A DNA stretch of 64,000 nt from Actinomycetota bacterium (GTDB lineage Bacteria; Actinomycetota; Humimicrobiia; Humimicrobiales; Humimicrobiaceae). How positions within the stretch are numbered: the stretch's first letter is position 1; each line of letters opens with the position of its first letter. Below are positions 27,703-38,270 of this stretch, piece by piece. Under the pieces are notes generated by a model. It was not told the origin of the DNA, did not search any database, and worked only from the letters and a program-made list of their open reading frames with translations. The stretch lies in contig JAMDEN010000014.1 of assembly GCA_023487035.1 (NCBI GenBank), positions 683 through 64,682 on the forward strand, given 5' to 3'. A program made the translations under genes and the position numbers.

Positions 27703-30018
27703 ATGGAAAAAGTAACAGTACCAATTAAGGGAATGCATTGCGCAAGCTGTGCTTTAGTGATTGAAAAGACTTTAAAAAAAACTGAGGGTGTCAAAGAAGT
27801 CAAAGTAAATTACGGTACAGAAAAAGCAACAATAGAATTTGATAAAGATAAGGTTTCGCTTTCAAAAATGAGCGATTCTATTAAGCCTTTTGGATATGAG
27901 TTTATTAAAAGCGAATTACCTGAAAAGATTACTCAAAAATTACAAGATAAAAATATTAATGACTCCTTAGCTTGGAAAATAGATCCTGCCAAGCAGCAAA
28001 AACTTTTAGAATTAAGAGACCAAAAAGCAAAAATTCAATTTGTTTTACCTGTAGCTGTAGTTGTTTTTGTATTTATGATGTGGGAAATAGCAGCAAAGAA
28101 TATATCATGGATGCCTTCTTTTTTTATTACACATGAAATTTATTCAACAATTTTACTAATAATATCAACAATAGTTTTATTTTGGATAGGAAAACCATTT
28201 TTAGCAGGCATAGTTAAATTTATAAAGTACAGAGCTGCAAATATGGATACACTTGTTGGAATAGGAACATTTACTGCGTATCTTTATAGTGCATTTATTG
28301 TGTTGTTTCCACAGCTTAGGGTTTCTTTAAGACTTCCTGAAAGTAATTATTTTGATGTAGTAATAATTGTAATCGGATTTGTATCTTTTGGAAAATATCT
28401 TGAAGCAAGATCTAAATTGAAAACTGGAGAGGCAATAGAAAAACTTATGAACCTTCAGGCAAAAACAGCGTTAGTTGAGCGAGATGGTATGGAGATTGAG
28501 GTTCCGGTAGAACAGGTCTTAATAAACGATATTGTAATTGTAAAACCCGGCAGCAAAATACCTGTTGATGGTGAAATAATTGAAGGTAAATCATCAATTG
28601 ATGAGTCTATGGTAACCGGTGAATCTATCCCAGTCGATAAAGAAAAGGGTGATAAAGTAATCGGCGGTACTATAAATAAACAAGGCAGGTTTAAATTTGT
28701 CGCAACAAAGATTGGTTCAGATACACTTCTTGCCAACATAATCAAATGGGTGGAAGAAGCTCAAGGTTCAAGAGCTCCAATACAACGAATAGCAGACAGG
28801 GTATCGGGAATTTTTGTTCCAGTAGTGCTTGGCATTGCAGTAGCTACACTGGTTGTCTGGTTAGCAGCCGGCAGTCAGTTTATGCCTTTTAGTAATGCAT
28901 TAACATATGGATTGCTTAATTTTACAGGTGTTCTTGTTATTGCATGTCCTTGTGCTCTTGGTCTGGCCACTCCAACTGCAATAATCGTGGGAGTCGGTAA
29001 AGGCGCTCAAAATGGTATACTTATTAAAAATGCTGAAAGTTTGGAAAAGCTTCATAAAATAAATACAATTGTAGTGGATAAAACCGGTACAATTACAAAG
29101 GGGAAACCTGAAGTTACAGACATTATTTTAGCTAATCCAGTTAATGACGCAAATCATGTTTTTTCCTTATTTGCTTCACTTGAAAAATATTCTGAACATC
29201 CTCTTGCAGTTGCAGTGGTTGAAAGAGCAAATGAAGAAAATATCGGATTTTTAAAAGTTGATGACTTTGAAATTATAGAAGGTAAAGGCCTTAAAGGTAC
29301 AATTAACGGAGTACAGTATTATGCAGGAAACTTAAGGTTAATGGAAGAACTCAATATCAGTTACGATGCGGAGCTGATTAGCAACCTGGCAAAACAGGGT
29401 AAAACACCTGTGATTTTTGCAAATAATGACGAAGTTATTGCTACTATAGCTATTGCAGATACTATAAAAGATTCCAGCGTTGAGGCAGTGAAACAGCTTC
29501 ATAAACTTGGCATAAAAGTTGTAATGCTTACAGGCGATAATATCAATACTGCAAAATTCATTGCCCAGCAGGTAAAAATAGATATGGTTTTTGCAGAGGT
29601 ACTTCCTCAGGATAAAGCTGATAAGATCAAAGAACTGCAATCACAGGGATTCATTGTAGCAATGGCTGGTGACGGTATTAATGATGCACCTGCTCTTGCT
29701 CAATCTGATGTAGGCATTGCAATGGGCACTGGTACAGATGTTGCCATAGAATCAGCTGATATTACACTGCTGGCCGGTGATATTTTAAAGATCCCGAAAG
29801 CAATAAAGTTATCAAAGCAGACAATGACAGTAGTTAGACAAAATCTGTTCTGGGCATTTATTTACAACATTATTGGCATTCCGCTTGCTGCTGGTGTATT
29901 CTTTCCTTTTTTTGGCTTACTCTTAAACCCGGCATTTGCAGGACTTGCAATGGCTTTAAGCAGTGTGTCTGTGGTTACCAATTCTTTAAGATTAAGGTTT
30001 GCAAGATTAGGAAAATAA
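27703..30018 (+). CDS. copA: Cu(I)-translocating P1B-type ATPase
   Basis: GMHCASC; TGES; IACPCALGLATP; DKTGT; SEHPLA; GDGINDAP; YN and MALSS Cu(I) signatures. Confidence 0.96.
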   Translation: MEKVTVPIKGMHCASCALVIEKTLKKTEGVKEVKVNYGTEKATIEFDKDKVSLSKMSDSIKPFGYEFIKSELPEKITQKLQDKNINDSLAWKIDPAKQQKLLELRDQKAKIQFVLPVAVVVFVFMMWEIAAKNISWMPSFFITHEIYSTILLIISTIVLFWIGKPFLAGIVKFIKYRAANMDTLVGIGTFTAYLYSAFIVLFPQLRVSLRLPESNYFDVVIIVIGFVSFGKYLEARSKLKTGEAIEKLMNLQAKTALVERDGMEIEVPVEQVLINDIVIVKPGSKIPVDGEIIEGKSSIDESMVTGESIPVDKEKGDKVIGGTINKQGRFKFVATKIGSDTLLANIIKWVEEAQGSRAPIQRIADRVSGIFVPVVLGIAVATLVVWLAAGSQFMPFSNALTYGLLNFTGVLVIACPCALGLATPTAIIVGVGKGAQNGILIKNAESLEKLHKINTIVVDKTGTITKGKPEVTDIILANPVNDANHVFSLFASLEKYSEHPLAVAVVERANEENIGFLKVDDFEIIEGKGLKGTINGVQYYAGNLRLMEELNISYDAELISNLAKQGKTPVIFANNDEVIATIAIADTIKDSSVEAVKQLHKLGIKVVMLTGDNINTAKFIAQQVKIDMVFAEVLPQDKADKIKELQSQGFIVAMAGDGINDAPALAQSDVGIAMGTGTDVAIESADITLLAGDILKIPKAIKLSKQTMTVVRQNLFWAFIYNIIGIPLAAGVFFPFFGLLLNPAFAGLAMALSSVSVVTNSLRLRFARLGK

Positions 30019-30110
30019 TTTGATAAAAAACCATTATTAAATATCAACAGTATTTTAAATTTTAAGTTTTTAAATTTTAAATAATATTTAAAAGGCAATA
30101 ACAAACAAAT

Positions 30111-30404
30111 ATGAATAAGCAGACAAAAAACGACAATAATAAAAAAAATGATTCTTTGATAAACTTTAAAAAATCAAAAAGCCTTCTTGAGAAGATAATA
30201 AAGATGGTTGAAGACAATGAATACTGTATAGATATTATGCAGCAGAATCTTGCGGTTATAGGAATGCTAAAATCTGCTCATCAGATTCTTATGGAAAATC
30301 ATTTAAGAACCTGTTTTACGACAGCGATGGAATCCAGGCAGGACAAAAGAAAATTTGAGATGATTGAGGAAATACTTAAAGTTACAAAGCTTGCAAATAA
30401 ATAA
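30111..30404 (+). CDS. csoR: CsoR/RcnR family copper-sensing repressor
   Basis: YCIDIMQQ...MENHLRTC C-H-C ligand set; follows copA. Confidence 0.9.
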   Translation: MNKQTKNDNNKKNDSLINFKKSKSLLEKIIKMVEDNEYCIDIMQQNLAVIGMLKSAHQILMENHLRTCFTTAMESRQDKRKFEMIEEILKVTKLANK

Positions 30405-30569
30405 AATATAAAATATAAAAATGAATTAAAGAAATAAAAAGGTTTGCAAATAGAAAAATTAAAAAGAACTTTAAGGCTAAAAATTATATATCTTAAAATA
30501 ATATTTTTTAATTTTAATTAATAATAGATATTTTTAATTTTTAATTTTAAATCATTTTATAAAAACAAT

Positions 30570-32519
30570 TTATTCTACAGTAACACTTTTTGCCAGGTTT
30601 CTAGGCTGATCAACATTTCTCCCCAAGTTCTTTGCAATATAATATGCCAGTAATTGCAGCGGGATAATTGTTAAAATACCATACAGCTCCTCAATTGTAG
30701 AAGGAATATAAAAAACATAATTTGAATATTTCTGTATTTCGTCATCTCCCTCTGTTGCAATAGTTAAAATAGTTGCATTTCTGGCCTTTACTTCTTCAAT
30801 ATTACTTAGCATTTTTTCATAAACAAAATCCTTCGGAACAATACCTACAACTGTAGTATTAGTATCAGTTAATGCTATCGGTCCATGTTTCATCTCGCCG
30901 CCAGCATATCCTTCAGCATGTATATATGAAATTTCTTTTAATTTTAAAGCTCCTTCCAGTGCAATCGGAAGACCGGATAATCTTCCTAAAAATAAAAAAG
31001 TTCTGTATTTATACAGATGGTCAGCTATCTTTTTAATTTTATCAGCATCATTTAATATTAACTGTATTTTATTTGGAATAAACTCAAGTTCTTCTATAAT
31101 TTTTGCATATTTTTCCTTATCAATATGGCCTGTTATTTTACCAAAATACAGAGCCATTAAATACATGACAATTATTTGGGCAGTAAAAGTTTTTGTAGCG
31201 CAAACACCAACTTCAGGACCTGCATGAGTATAAATAACAGAATCCGATTCTCTTGCTACAGTGCTTCCCACTACATTTGTAATTGCTACAATTTTTGCTC
31301 CTTTTGATTTGGCTTCTCTGATTGCAGCAAGCGTATCTATTGTTTCTCCTGATTGTGTTATGGCAATAAATAAACAATTTTTCTCAACTATTGGATCTTT
31401 ATATCTGTATTCTGAAGAAACTTCAACTTCAACAGGAATTCGTGCCCATCTCTCAATAAGCTGCTTGCCAAGTAAAGCAGCATGGGAAGAAGTTCCACAA
31501 GCAATAATTTGTATTTTATTTAAATTTTTTATCTGCTCCTCTGTCATATTTAATTCTTCAAACTGCAGATTCCCGTCAATTAGCCTTCCTCTCATTGTTT
31601 CTTTTATGCCGAAAGGTTGCTCAAATATCTCTTTTAGCATGAAATCTTCATATCCTGATTTTTCAGCACTTGTTATAGACCAGTTTACTTTAAATGGATC
31701 TCTCTGTATTAACTTGCCATCTATATCAAAAATTTCAATACTATCTTTTTTAAGTCGAATAGTTTCAAAATCATTAACAATAATAAAATTTCTTGTGTGC
31801 TCCAGTACCGCAGGCATGTCTGATGCAACAAAATTTCCGTCTTTTCCAATACCTATAATAAGAGGGCTTGCAATTCTTGCTGCTACTATCTCGTCCGGGA
31901 AATCTGAATTTAGCGCAACTATCGCTCCTGATCCTTTAATTCTTTTTATGAGTTTTTGCATTGCAAGAAGAAAATCGCCATCTTTATATTCTTCCAGAAG
32001 ATGTGGAAGAACTTCTGTATCTGTTTCTGAAATGAATTTATGCCCTTTTTGAATTAATTCTTCCTTAAGTTCTGCATAGTTTTCAATTATACCATTATGA
32101 ACTACCACTATTTTCCCGATGCAATCAGAGTGAGGATGTGCATTAATTTGAGTTGGTGCACCATGAGTTGCCCATCTCGTGTGGCCTATTCCAATATGAC
32201 TGTCAAAATTCTGACCCTGCAGTAATTCTTCCAGATCTTTTATTTTACCTGCCTGTTTTGCAGTCAAAATTTTAACTGCTGAACTATTTCCCGGTTCATT
32301 ACCAATTAATTCAATTAATTCATCTTTATTTTTATTATTATCTTTATTTTGATTTTTCTCTTTTTCTTTATCCTGTTGTTCTTTATCTATAACTTTTTCA
32401 TTTTGTATTAAAATTGCTATACCAGCAGAATCATATCCACGATATTCAAGCCTTTTAAGACCGTTAATTATAATATCTTTACAATATTTATCTCCAACAT
32501 ATGCAATAATTCCACACAT
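30570..32519 (-). CDS. glmS: Glutamine-fructose-6-phosphate aminotransferase
   Basis: MCGI N-terminus; LEYRGYDSAG; GHTRWATHG; EMKHGP; PRNLAKSVTVE. Confidence 0.97.
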   Translation of the reverse strand: MCGIIAYVGDKYCKDIIINGLKRLEYRGYDSAGIAILIQNEKVIDKEQQDKEKEKNQNKDNNKNKDELIELIGNEPGNSSAVKILTAKQAGKIKDLEELLQGQNFDSHIGIGHTRWATHGAPTQINAHPHSDCIGKIVVVHNGIIENYAELKEELIQKGHKFISETDTEVLPHLLEEYKDGDFLLAMQKLIKRIKGSGAIVALNSDFPDEIVAARIASPLIIGIGKDGNFVASDMPAVLEHTRNFIIVNDFETIRLKKDSIEIFDIDGKLIQRDPFKVNWSITSAEKSGYEDFMLKEIFEQPFGIKETMRGRLIDGNLQFEELNMTEEQIKNLNKIQIIACGTSSHAALLGKQLIERWARIPVEVEVSSEYRYKDPIVEKNCLFIAITQSGETIDTLAAIREAKSKGAKIVAITNVVGSTVARESDSVIYTHAGPEVGVCATKTFTAQIIVMYLMALYFGKITGHIDKEKYAKIIEELEFIPNKIQLILNDADKIKKIADHLYKYRTFLFLGRLSGLPIALEGALKLKEISYIHAEGYAGGEMKHGPIALTDTNTTVVGIVPKDFVYEKMLSNIEEVKARNATILTIATEGDDEIQKYSNYVFYIPSTIEELYGILTIIPLQLLAYYIAKNLGRNVDQPRNLAKSVTVE

Positions 32520-32792
32520 TATTACTCCTGTAATTTAAATTTTATAAAATGTAAAAAGCAATTTCAGATAAAGGTAAATATTTCAATAATTAACTCATTA
32601 ATTTGGAAATATTTATAGATATGATACCAGATTTTTCAAAATTCTGAAAAATAATTTAAATATTAAAAATATATAATGATTATAATCTTAAATAAGAATA
32701 TTAAAATTAAAACCAATTAAATCTTAAATTTACTAATTTGAAGATTTGCTTTATAAAAAATAAAACAATTCTTTTTTTAAAATTTTCTTTAA

Positions 32793-33623
32793 TTAATCTT
32801 TTATTAAGATTCCAGAAGTAGTAGAATTTGCGGGGATATTACCTATTTCATTAAAAGCTTGAGTTCTTTTCAAATCTGTAACTAACTTAATTCTATCAGC
32901 TCTATGAAGAGCTACGTAATATTCAATAGGAATATTACCTGTTAAATAGCTCACACTTTCAATAAATAATAATGGCGAACCTTTTTTTATATTTAATAAT
33001 TTTGCTTCTTCATCTTTTGCAATTGTTGCTTCAATAAATTTTCTTCCCCTGTCAATTTTCAAATTATATTTTCCCTCTATGAAACTATATAAAGATTTGT
33101 TAGTTAAATCTTCTTTTAAAAGATCAGGACATAATTTAAATGGTAAATATGTTCTATCTAATACTATAGGCTCATCATTTAATTTTCTTAATCTATAAAT
33201 AGCAATAACATCCTCATCTAATTTTAGATTTAGATTCTCTCCTATCTTTTTTGTAGGTTTAATTTTTTCCTGATATAAAACATCATTTTTTACATTATAG
33301 CCACGAGCCGTCATGTCTTCAAAAAAGCCTCTTAAACTTTGAACTAAATTTTCACTTATTTTTGGCTCAGCAACAAAAGTGCCTTTGGCTTTTTTCTTTA
33401 CAAGATAACCTTCATTTACAAGTTCCTGATAAGCTTGCCTTGTAACGGTTCGACTTATATCAAACAATTCACAAATTTTAATCTCAGGGATTACTTGCTG
33501 GCCCGGTTTCCAATGCCCTGATTCAATTTCCTCGATAATATGTTGCTTCAGTTGAAAATAATAGGGAATTCTGCTATTTTTATCAATTTTAAAATTGCTA
33601 TATAATTCAACATTATCTTTCAT
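32793..33623 (-). CDS. GntR (HutC/UTRA) family transcriptional regulator
   Basis: PYYFQLK...PEIKICELFDISRTVTRQA...KGTFV; C-terminal UTRA domain. Confidence 0.92.
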   Translation of the reverse strand: MKDNVELYSNFKIDKNSRIPYYFQLKQHIIEEIESGHWKPGQQVIPEIKICELFDISRTVTRQAYQELVNEGYLVKKKAKGTFVAEPKISENLVQSLRGFFEDMTARGYNVKNDVLYQEKIKPTKKIGENLNLKLDEDVIAIYRLRKLNDEPIVLDRTYLPFKLCPDLLKEDLTNKSLYSFIEGKYNLKIDRGRKFIEATIAKDEEAKLLNIKKGSPLLFIESVSYLTGNIPIEYYVALHRADRIKLVTDLKRTQAFNEIGNIPANSTTSGILIKD

Positions 33624-33736
33624 AATTAATAAATAAATTAAAATTTTTAATATTATTATTAAAATAATACCATTCTTAATACTGATTTATATATTATACT
33701 CATATAATAATTACAATGCCATCAGATTTTAAAAAT

Positions 33737-35071
33737 CTAAATTCCTGTTATTTGTATATCAAAAACTTTTGATATAATGTTTTCTATTTCAACTAATCTT
33801 TTACCTTCAACAATACAATTATGATGAGAATAAAAAGCATTCATCAATTTATAACCATTTGCAACCTTAACAAGTGCGCCATTTCTACAATCAGTCCCAG
33901 GGTATTGGACATATCTTTCAATAATGCCTTCAACTGCCATAAGTTTTGTTAAAGTTGGATCTAGCTTTGTAAGAGTTATATCTCCTTCAGGCATCCTTGC
34001 ATCAATAGCAGTTGCATTATCATCAACAATAGCAAGTACTTTTGGTTTTAATACCCATGAAGAACAAAATGATTGTGGAACGACACCAAAATACCCGCAA
34101 TGAACAATAAGACTATAATTTTGAGGATCTTTTACTTCAGGAAATTTATCTATTTTTTCATGTTTTAGTGCTGCAAGTCCCATTAAGAATGGATAAATAT
34201 TACTCATCATTGCTGGAGCATCTAAAGATTTATTGATAATATAATTGGTAAGTAAAGAACTTATATCAGCTTCACAAGCCCACATTATTTTCTTTTCTTC
34301 ATACAGCAAATTCCATGCAAGACAAGGGGTTGTATCTGAATAAAAAGATTCATTTAGGCAATTTATTCCGACTCCTTTTATCTCAGAATCTTTTCCAATT
34401 TCTTCTTTTACAGCTATATAAATTTTTATTGCACTGTTCAATGCTCTCTCAGAAACATCTTCAATTTTTATATTCAAATTTTTCAAAATTTTTCTTGCTT
34501 CACTATCAGGAATCTCTTTTGCTTTACTACCTAATTCTTTAAAACTCTTTTTTATTAAGGATATACCAAATTTGTCTTTCACTCGATTTATATATTGGTC
34601 TTCCCACCAATAAAATCTTTTAAATATTTCCGCCTGCATTCCACCAGTCCCAGGATTATCTTGAAATACCAAAAACTTTGTTTTTTCCATTTCTTTTTTT
34701 AATGCAAGACTTTTACAAATTTTTTTTGTAAGTTCTGAATTATATGGTGCAAAAACTTTTATACCTTCTGACTGCATAAATGCAACAATTTCCCAATCCC
34801 ACATATTAACAGTTCCAAAATCAGAAGTGGCTATAATAATAGGAACTTTTATTTTTTTTATCTCATTTATTTGTTTAAAAGCATCACCAAGCAACTGAGG
34901 AAAAATTACCGCATCTACATCTGGGATATTTTTTCCAATAGGGATGGAGTCTTGTATTTCGGCATAATCTACTAAAAGATTTCTTAAATTTTGTAATTGT
35001 TTTTCAAAATCTTCATCTTTGCCTGATTTAAAATATAAAGGAATGAGCTTTGCTTTCATAAATTTCTCCAA
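33737..35071 (-). CDS. Uncharacterised L-fucose/L-arabinose isomerase-like fold protein
   Basis: GINCL...TTPCLAW...WACEAD...IVHCGY...DITLTKL...CRN pattern resembles the FucI/AraA superfamily. Confidence 0.55.
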   Translation of the reverse strand: MEKFMKAKLIPLYFKSGKDEDFEKQLQNLRNLLVDYAEIQDSIPIGKNIPDVDAVIFPQLLGDAFKQINEIKKIKVPIIIATSDFGTVNMWDWEIVAFMQSEGIKVFAPYNSELTKKICKSLALKKEMEKTKFLVFQDNPGTGGMQAEIFKRFYWWEDQYINRVKDKFGISLIKKSFKELGSKAKEIPDSEARKILKNLNIKIEDVSERALNSAIKIYIAVKEEIGKDSEIKGVGINCLNESFYSDTTPCLAWNLLYEEKKIMWACEADISSLLTNYIINKSLDAPAMMSNIYPFLMGLAALKHEKIDKFPEVKDPQNYSLIVHCGYFGVVPQSFCSSWVLKPKVLAIVDDNATAIDARMPEGDITLTKLDPTLTKLMAVEGIIERYVQYPGTDCRNGALVKVANGYKLMNAFYSHHNCIVEGKRLVEIENIISKVFDIQITGI

Positions 35072-35179
35072 TTTTAATTTTACAAAAATAAATAAACAAA
35101 CTACCTTATAATTTATTATAATAATAAATTATTTTTCTTTATCAATCTATATTAAACTTTAGTAATTTCTAATTAATTT

Positions 35180-36040
35180 TTATCTTAAGTTGTTTGCTAT
35201 ATTTTTTAAAGCTTCTACACTTTTAGCAACAGCTGCATCCTCATCATTATTATAATCAGGGTGAAGATAATCGATCTCAACAGCTAAAAATCCTTCATAT
35301 CCAGCATCTTTTAGTAATTGAGCAAGTTTTTGATTATCTACTAAACCATCTCCAACTGGTGTACATGCAAAGAAATGCCAGCTACTTACAGGTTGTCCTT
35401 TTTGAGGCTTTAAATCTTTAACATGGGTTGCAAAAGTATATTTTGCTAATTTCTCCATACCTTCTATTGGATCTGCAAGTACACGCATAAAATTACCTGT
35501 GTCAAAATTAATGCCAAAGTTAGGTGAGTTTACATTATTTATAATTTGCAGCATTTCATCAGGGTTAAAATCTATATGGTTTTCATCAGCCAATTTAATT
35601 CCATATTTTTCTGCAACTTTTACTGCTTCTGAAAACATCTCTGATAGCTTTTCAATTTGAGGAGTATGAGGTTCAAATCTAAACATAAGGCTGCTTCCGA
35701 CTACTCGCATAACTCTTGCCCCAATTGTTTTAGCATGCTCAATATGTTCAATCATTTCTTCATAAGCTTTTTTATTTTTTCCACCTTCTAATCCATCTGG
35801 ATGACCCCAAGCATAAACTCTATCTAAATTATACTCATCTAACATTCCCTTAATTTCACTCAAATATGAATCATCATATCCGGGTATAAAACAAGATTCC
35901 AAAGATACTCCATCTGCTTTAAGCTCATATGCTCTTTTAATAAAGTCTTCTAATGTCATGCTTTTTGAAGGTTTTTCTTGATCATCATAAACTTCCCCAA
36001 AAAATCTATGATAACAGTAACTGTCAATTCCAACTTTCAT
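35180..36040 (-). CDS. Sugar phosphate isomerase/epimerase (xylose isomerase-like TIM barrel)
   Basis: ENH, FDTGN, THVKD, LAVE metal-site motifs. Confidence 0.85.
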   Translation of the reverse strand: MKVGIDSYCYHRFFGEVYDDQEKPSKSMTLEDFIKRAYELKADGVSLESCFIPGYDDSYLSEIKGMLDEYNLDRVYAWGHPDGLEGGKNKKAYEEMIEHIEHAKTIGARVMRVVGSSLMFRFEPHTPQIEKLSEMFSEAVKVAEKYGIKLADENHIDFNPDEMLQIINNVNSPNFGINFDTGNFMRVLADPIEGMEKLAKYTFATHVKDLKPQKGQPVSSWHFFACTPVGDGLVDNQKLAQLLKDAGYEGFLAVEIDYLHPDYNNDEDAAVAKSVEALKNIANNLR

Positions 36041-36161
36041 AACACCCTCCTTAAAATATTAATATTTTTAAAACTTTAATTTTAAGTAATTTTTAATTAT
36101 TAATATACTTTAAATTTTCAACAATTCTATAAAATTTTATATTGATGTTTAAATAAACAAC

Positions 36162-37367
36162 TTACTCAAATACACAAAACTCTTTCTTACCAGTTTCTGA
36201 TGATTTTATGATTGCATCACTTACAACAGCATTTCTATAACCATCTTCAAAAGTGGCAATATATGGTTCAACAGGCTTATTATTAATTACAGCTTCAGTC
36301 ATATTATAAACAATATGAACAAATGTATTTTCCCAACCAATTATATGTCCATGTGGCCACCATCTATCATAATACGGATGATAAGACTCAGTAACATTCA
36401 CACAATGAAAACCTTGAGTTTCAATAAGTGATTCATTTCTCCAGAAAACCCATAAATTGTTCATATTCTCAAGGTCCCACCAAATACTTCCATTTTCAGC
36501 ATTTATTTCAATCGTATTATAATTTTTTCTTCCAGCACAAAATCTCGATGCTTCAATAGTACCAATTGCACCATTCTCAAATTCAAGAACTGATGCTATT
36601 GCGTCGTCTACTTCTACTTTTTCTTTACTTTTAGTTTGTTCATTGTATCTTTCTTTAATAAATGTCACACTTGTTGCCATAACTGCCTTTATTTCCCCAC
36701 ATAAAAATCTGCCAAGATCAATTATGTGTGAGCCTAAATCACCTAGAGCGCCACTACCACTTTCACTTTTTTTCAACTTCCATATCATTGGAAAATTAGG
36801 ATCCATTATCCATTCTTGAAGATATCTTGCTCTAAAATGATATATTCTTCCCAGTTTTCCATCCATTATTAAATTTTTTATTAAAACAATAGCTGGAACA
36901 GTCCTATAATTAAAACAACAAATATTTTTTACACCAGCTTTTTTTATAAAATCCCGCATCTCTTTAGCTTCTTTAGAATTTCTTGCAAGCGGCTTTTCAC
37001 AAATTATATTTTTCCCTGCTTTTGCCGCTTCAATTGATATTTCAGCATGAAGATAATTCGGAGTTCCTATATCAACTATTTGTATTTTCTCGTCATTTAT
37101 TACATCTTTCCAATTAGTAGTATATTTTTCATATCCATATCTTTTAGCTGATTCTTTTAAAGCTTCTTCATGAACTCCACAAATTGTAACAAGTTTTGGA
37201 ATTGCAGCTGGCGGCCAGAAAATATAAGGCATCTGTTTCCAAGCATTAGAATGAGCTTTACCCATAAAAGCTTGCCCAATCATACCAATACCAACTTCAG
37301 GTATATTTGCTTTAGCTTTTTCTTCGCTTGTCATAGCAACAAATCCAACTTTTCCCCCCTCTGCCAT
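36162..37367 (-). CDS. Gfo/Idh/MocA oxidoreductase, levoglucosan-dehydrogenase-like
   Basis: GQAFMGKAHS...FWPP; TPNYLH; CEKPL; FNYR; GALGDLGSH. Confidence 0.88.
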   Translation of the reverse strand: MAEGGKVGFVAMTSEEKAKANIPEVGIGMIGQAFMGKAHSNAWKQMPYIFWPPAAIPKLVTICGVHEEALKESAKRYGYEKYTTNWKDVINDEKIQIVDIGTPNYLHAEISIEAAKAGKNIICEKPLARNSKEAKEMRDFIKKAGVKNICCFNYRTVPAIVLIKNLIMDGKLGRIYHFRARYLQEWIMDPNFPMIWKLKKSESGSGALGDLGSHIIDLGRFLCGEIKAVMATSVTFIKERYNEQTKSKEKVEVDDAIASVLEFENGAIGTIEASRFCAGRKNYNTIEINAENGSIWWDLENMNNLWVFWRNESLIETQGFHCVNVTESYHPYYDRWWPHGHIIGWENTFVHIVYNMTEAVINNKPVEPYIATFEDGYRNAVVSDAIIKSSETGKKEFCVFE

Positions 37368-37559
37368 ATTTTACCTCCATTTTTAATAAAAAGTTTTAAA
37401 CATATTTTTATTTATTTATTTTTTGTTTTCTTCTTTTTTCCCTTTTTTATATTTTTTAAATATATCTATAAAATTATTTATATTCTTTATTTAAATTCTA
37501 TTTCTATTTTAAGCTTTTAATATTTGCTTTTATTATTTTTTAGATATGATTAAAGTGTT

Positions 37560-38234
37560 TTAACTGTTTCTAACTTTGCGAATTATTTCTAAAGCTTTTG
37601 CAGCATTAGTTTCAATTAACTTATAATTCTTTTCATTCATAGCTTTTTTACTAACAAGTTGCGATCCCATACCTATGCAAGCTACACCTGCTTTAAACCA
37701 ATTCTTTATATTTTCTTCATCTACAGAAACTCCACCTGTTGGCATTACTTTTGTTTTAGGACATGGTCCAAGCAAAGCTTCTACAAATTTAGGTCCTCCA
37801 ATAGTTGATCCTGGGAATATCTTTACAAGCTCAACCCCAAACTCTTCAGCTTTCAATATCTCATTTACTGTTGCTGCCCCTGGTATATATGGAATTCTTT
37901 TTAAATTACAAAGTCTTGCAATTTCTTCATTAAAATTTGGGCCCACGATAAAATTTGCCCCATAAGCTATAAATAATGCTGCTGTAGGTGCATCAATTAT
38001 TGTTCCTGCACCAATAATAAGTTCTGGGAAAACATCTGGAGCAATATTAATTAAGTAAGAAAATACTTCTAAAGCGCCTTCCCCTCTGTTTGTAAACTCA
38101 AGAACATGGCATCCTCCTTTTACTAGAGCATCAGATATTTTTTTTGCTTCTTCCTTGTCTTTATTATAAAAAAGTGGAATCATGCCATCTTTAAAAATAG
38201 TATTATAAACCGTTAACCTATCAAACCTTGCCAT
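37560..38234 (-). CDS. eda: KDPG/KHG aldolase family protein
   Basis: LEFTNRG; GAGTI; VKIFPG; MPTGGV; GMGSQL. Confidence 0.88.
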   Translation of the reverse strand: MARFDRLTVYNTIFKDGMIPLFYNKDKEEAKKISDALVKGGCHVLEFTNRGEGALEVFSYLINIAPDVFPELIIGAGTIIDAPTAALFIAYGANFIVGPNFNEEIARLCNLKRIPYIPGAATVNEILKAEEFGVELVKIFPGSTIGGPKFVEALLGPCPKTKVMPTGGVSVDEENIKNWFKAGVACIGMGSQLVSKKAMNEKNYKLIETNAAKALEIIRKVRNS

Positions 38235-38270
38235 AAAATCACCTCATTAATTTAAATTTTTTAATTTATC

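Noticed and set aside
31261..32052. 263-aa plus-strand ORF
   Set aside because: Antisense shadow of glmS with no recognisable motifs; the same applies to the many short antisense ORFs inside other genes.
32520..32792. glmS ribozyme upstream of glmS
   Set aside because: The spacer is almost pure A/T and lacks the conserved ribozyme core.
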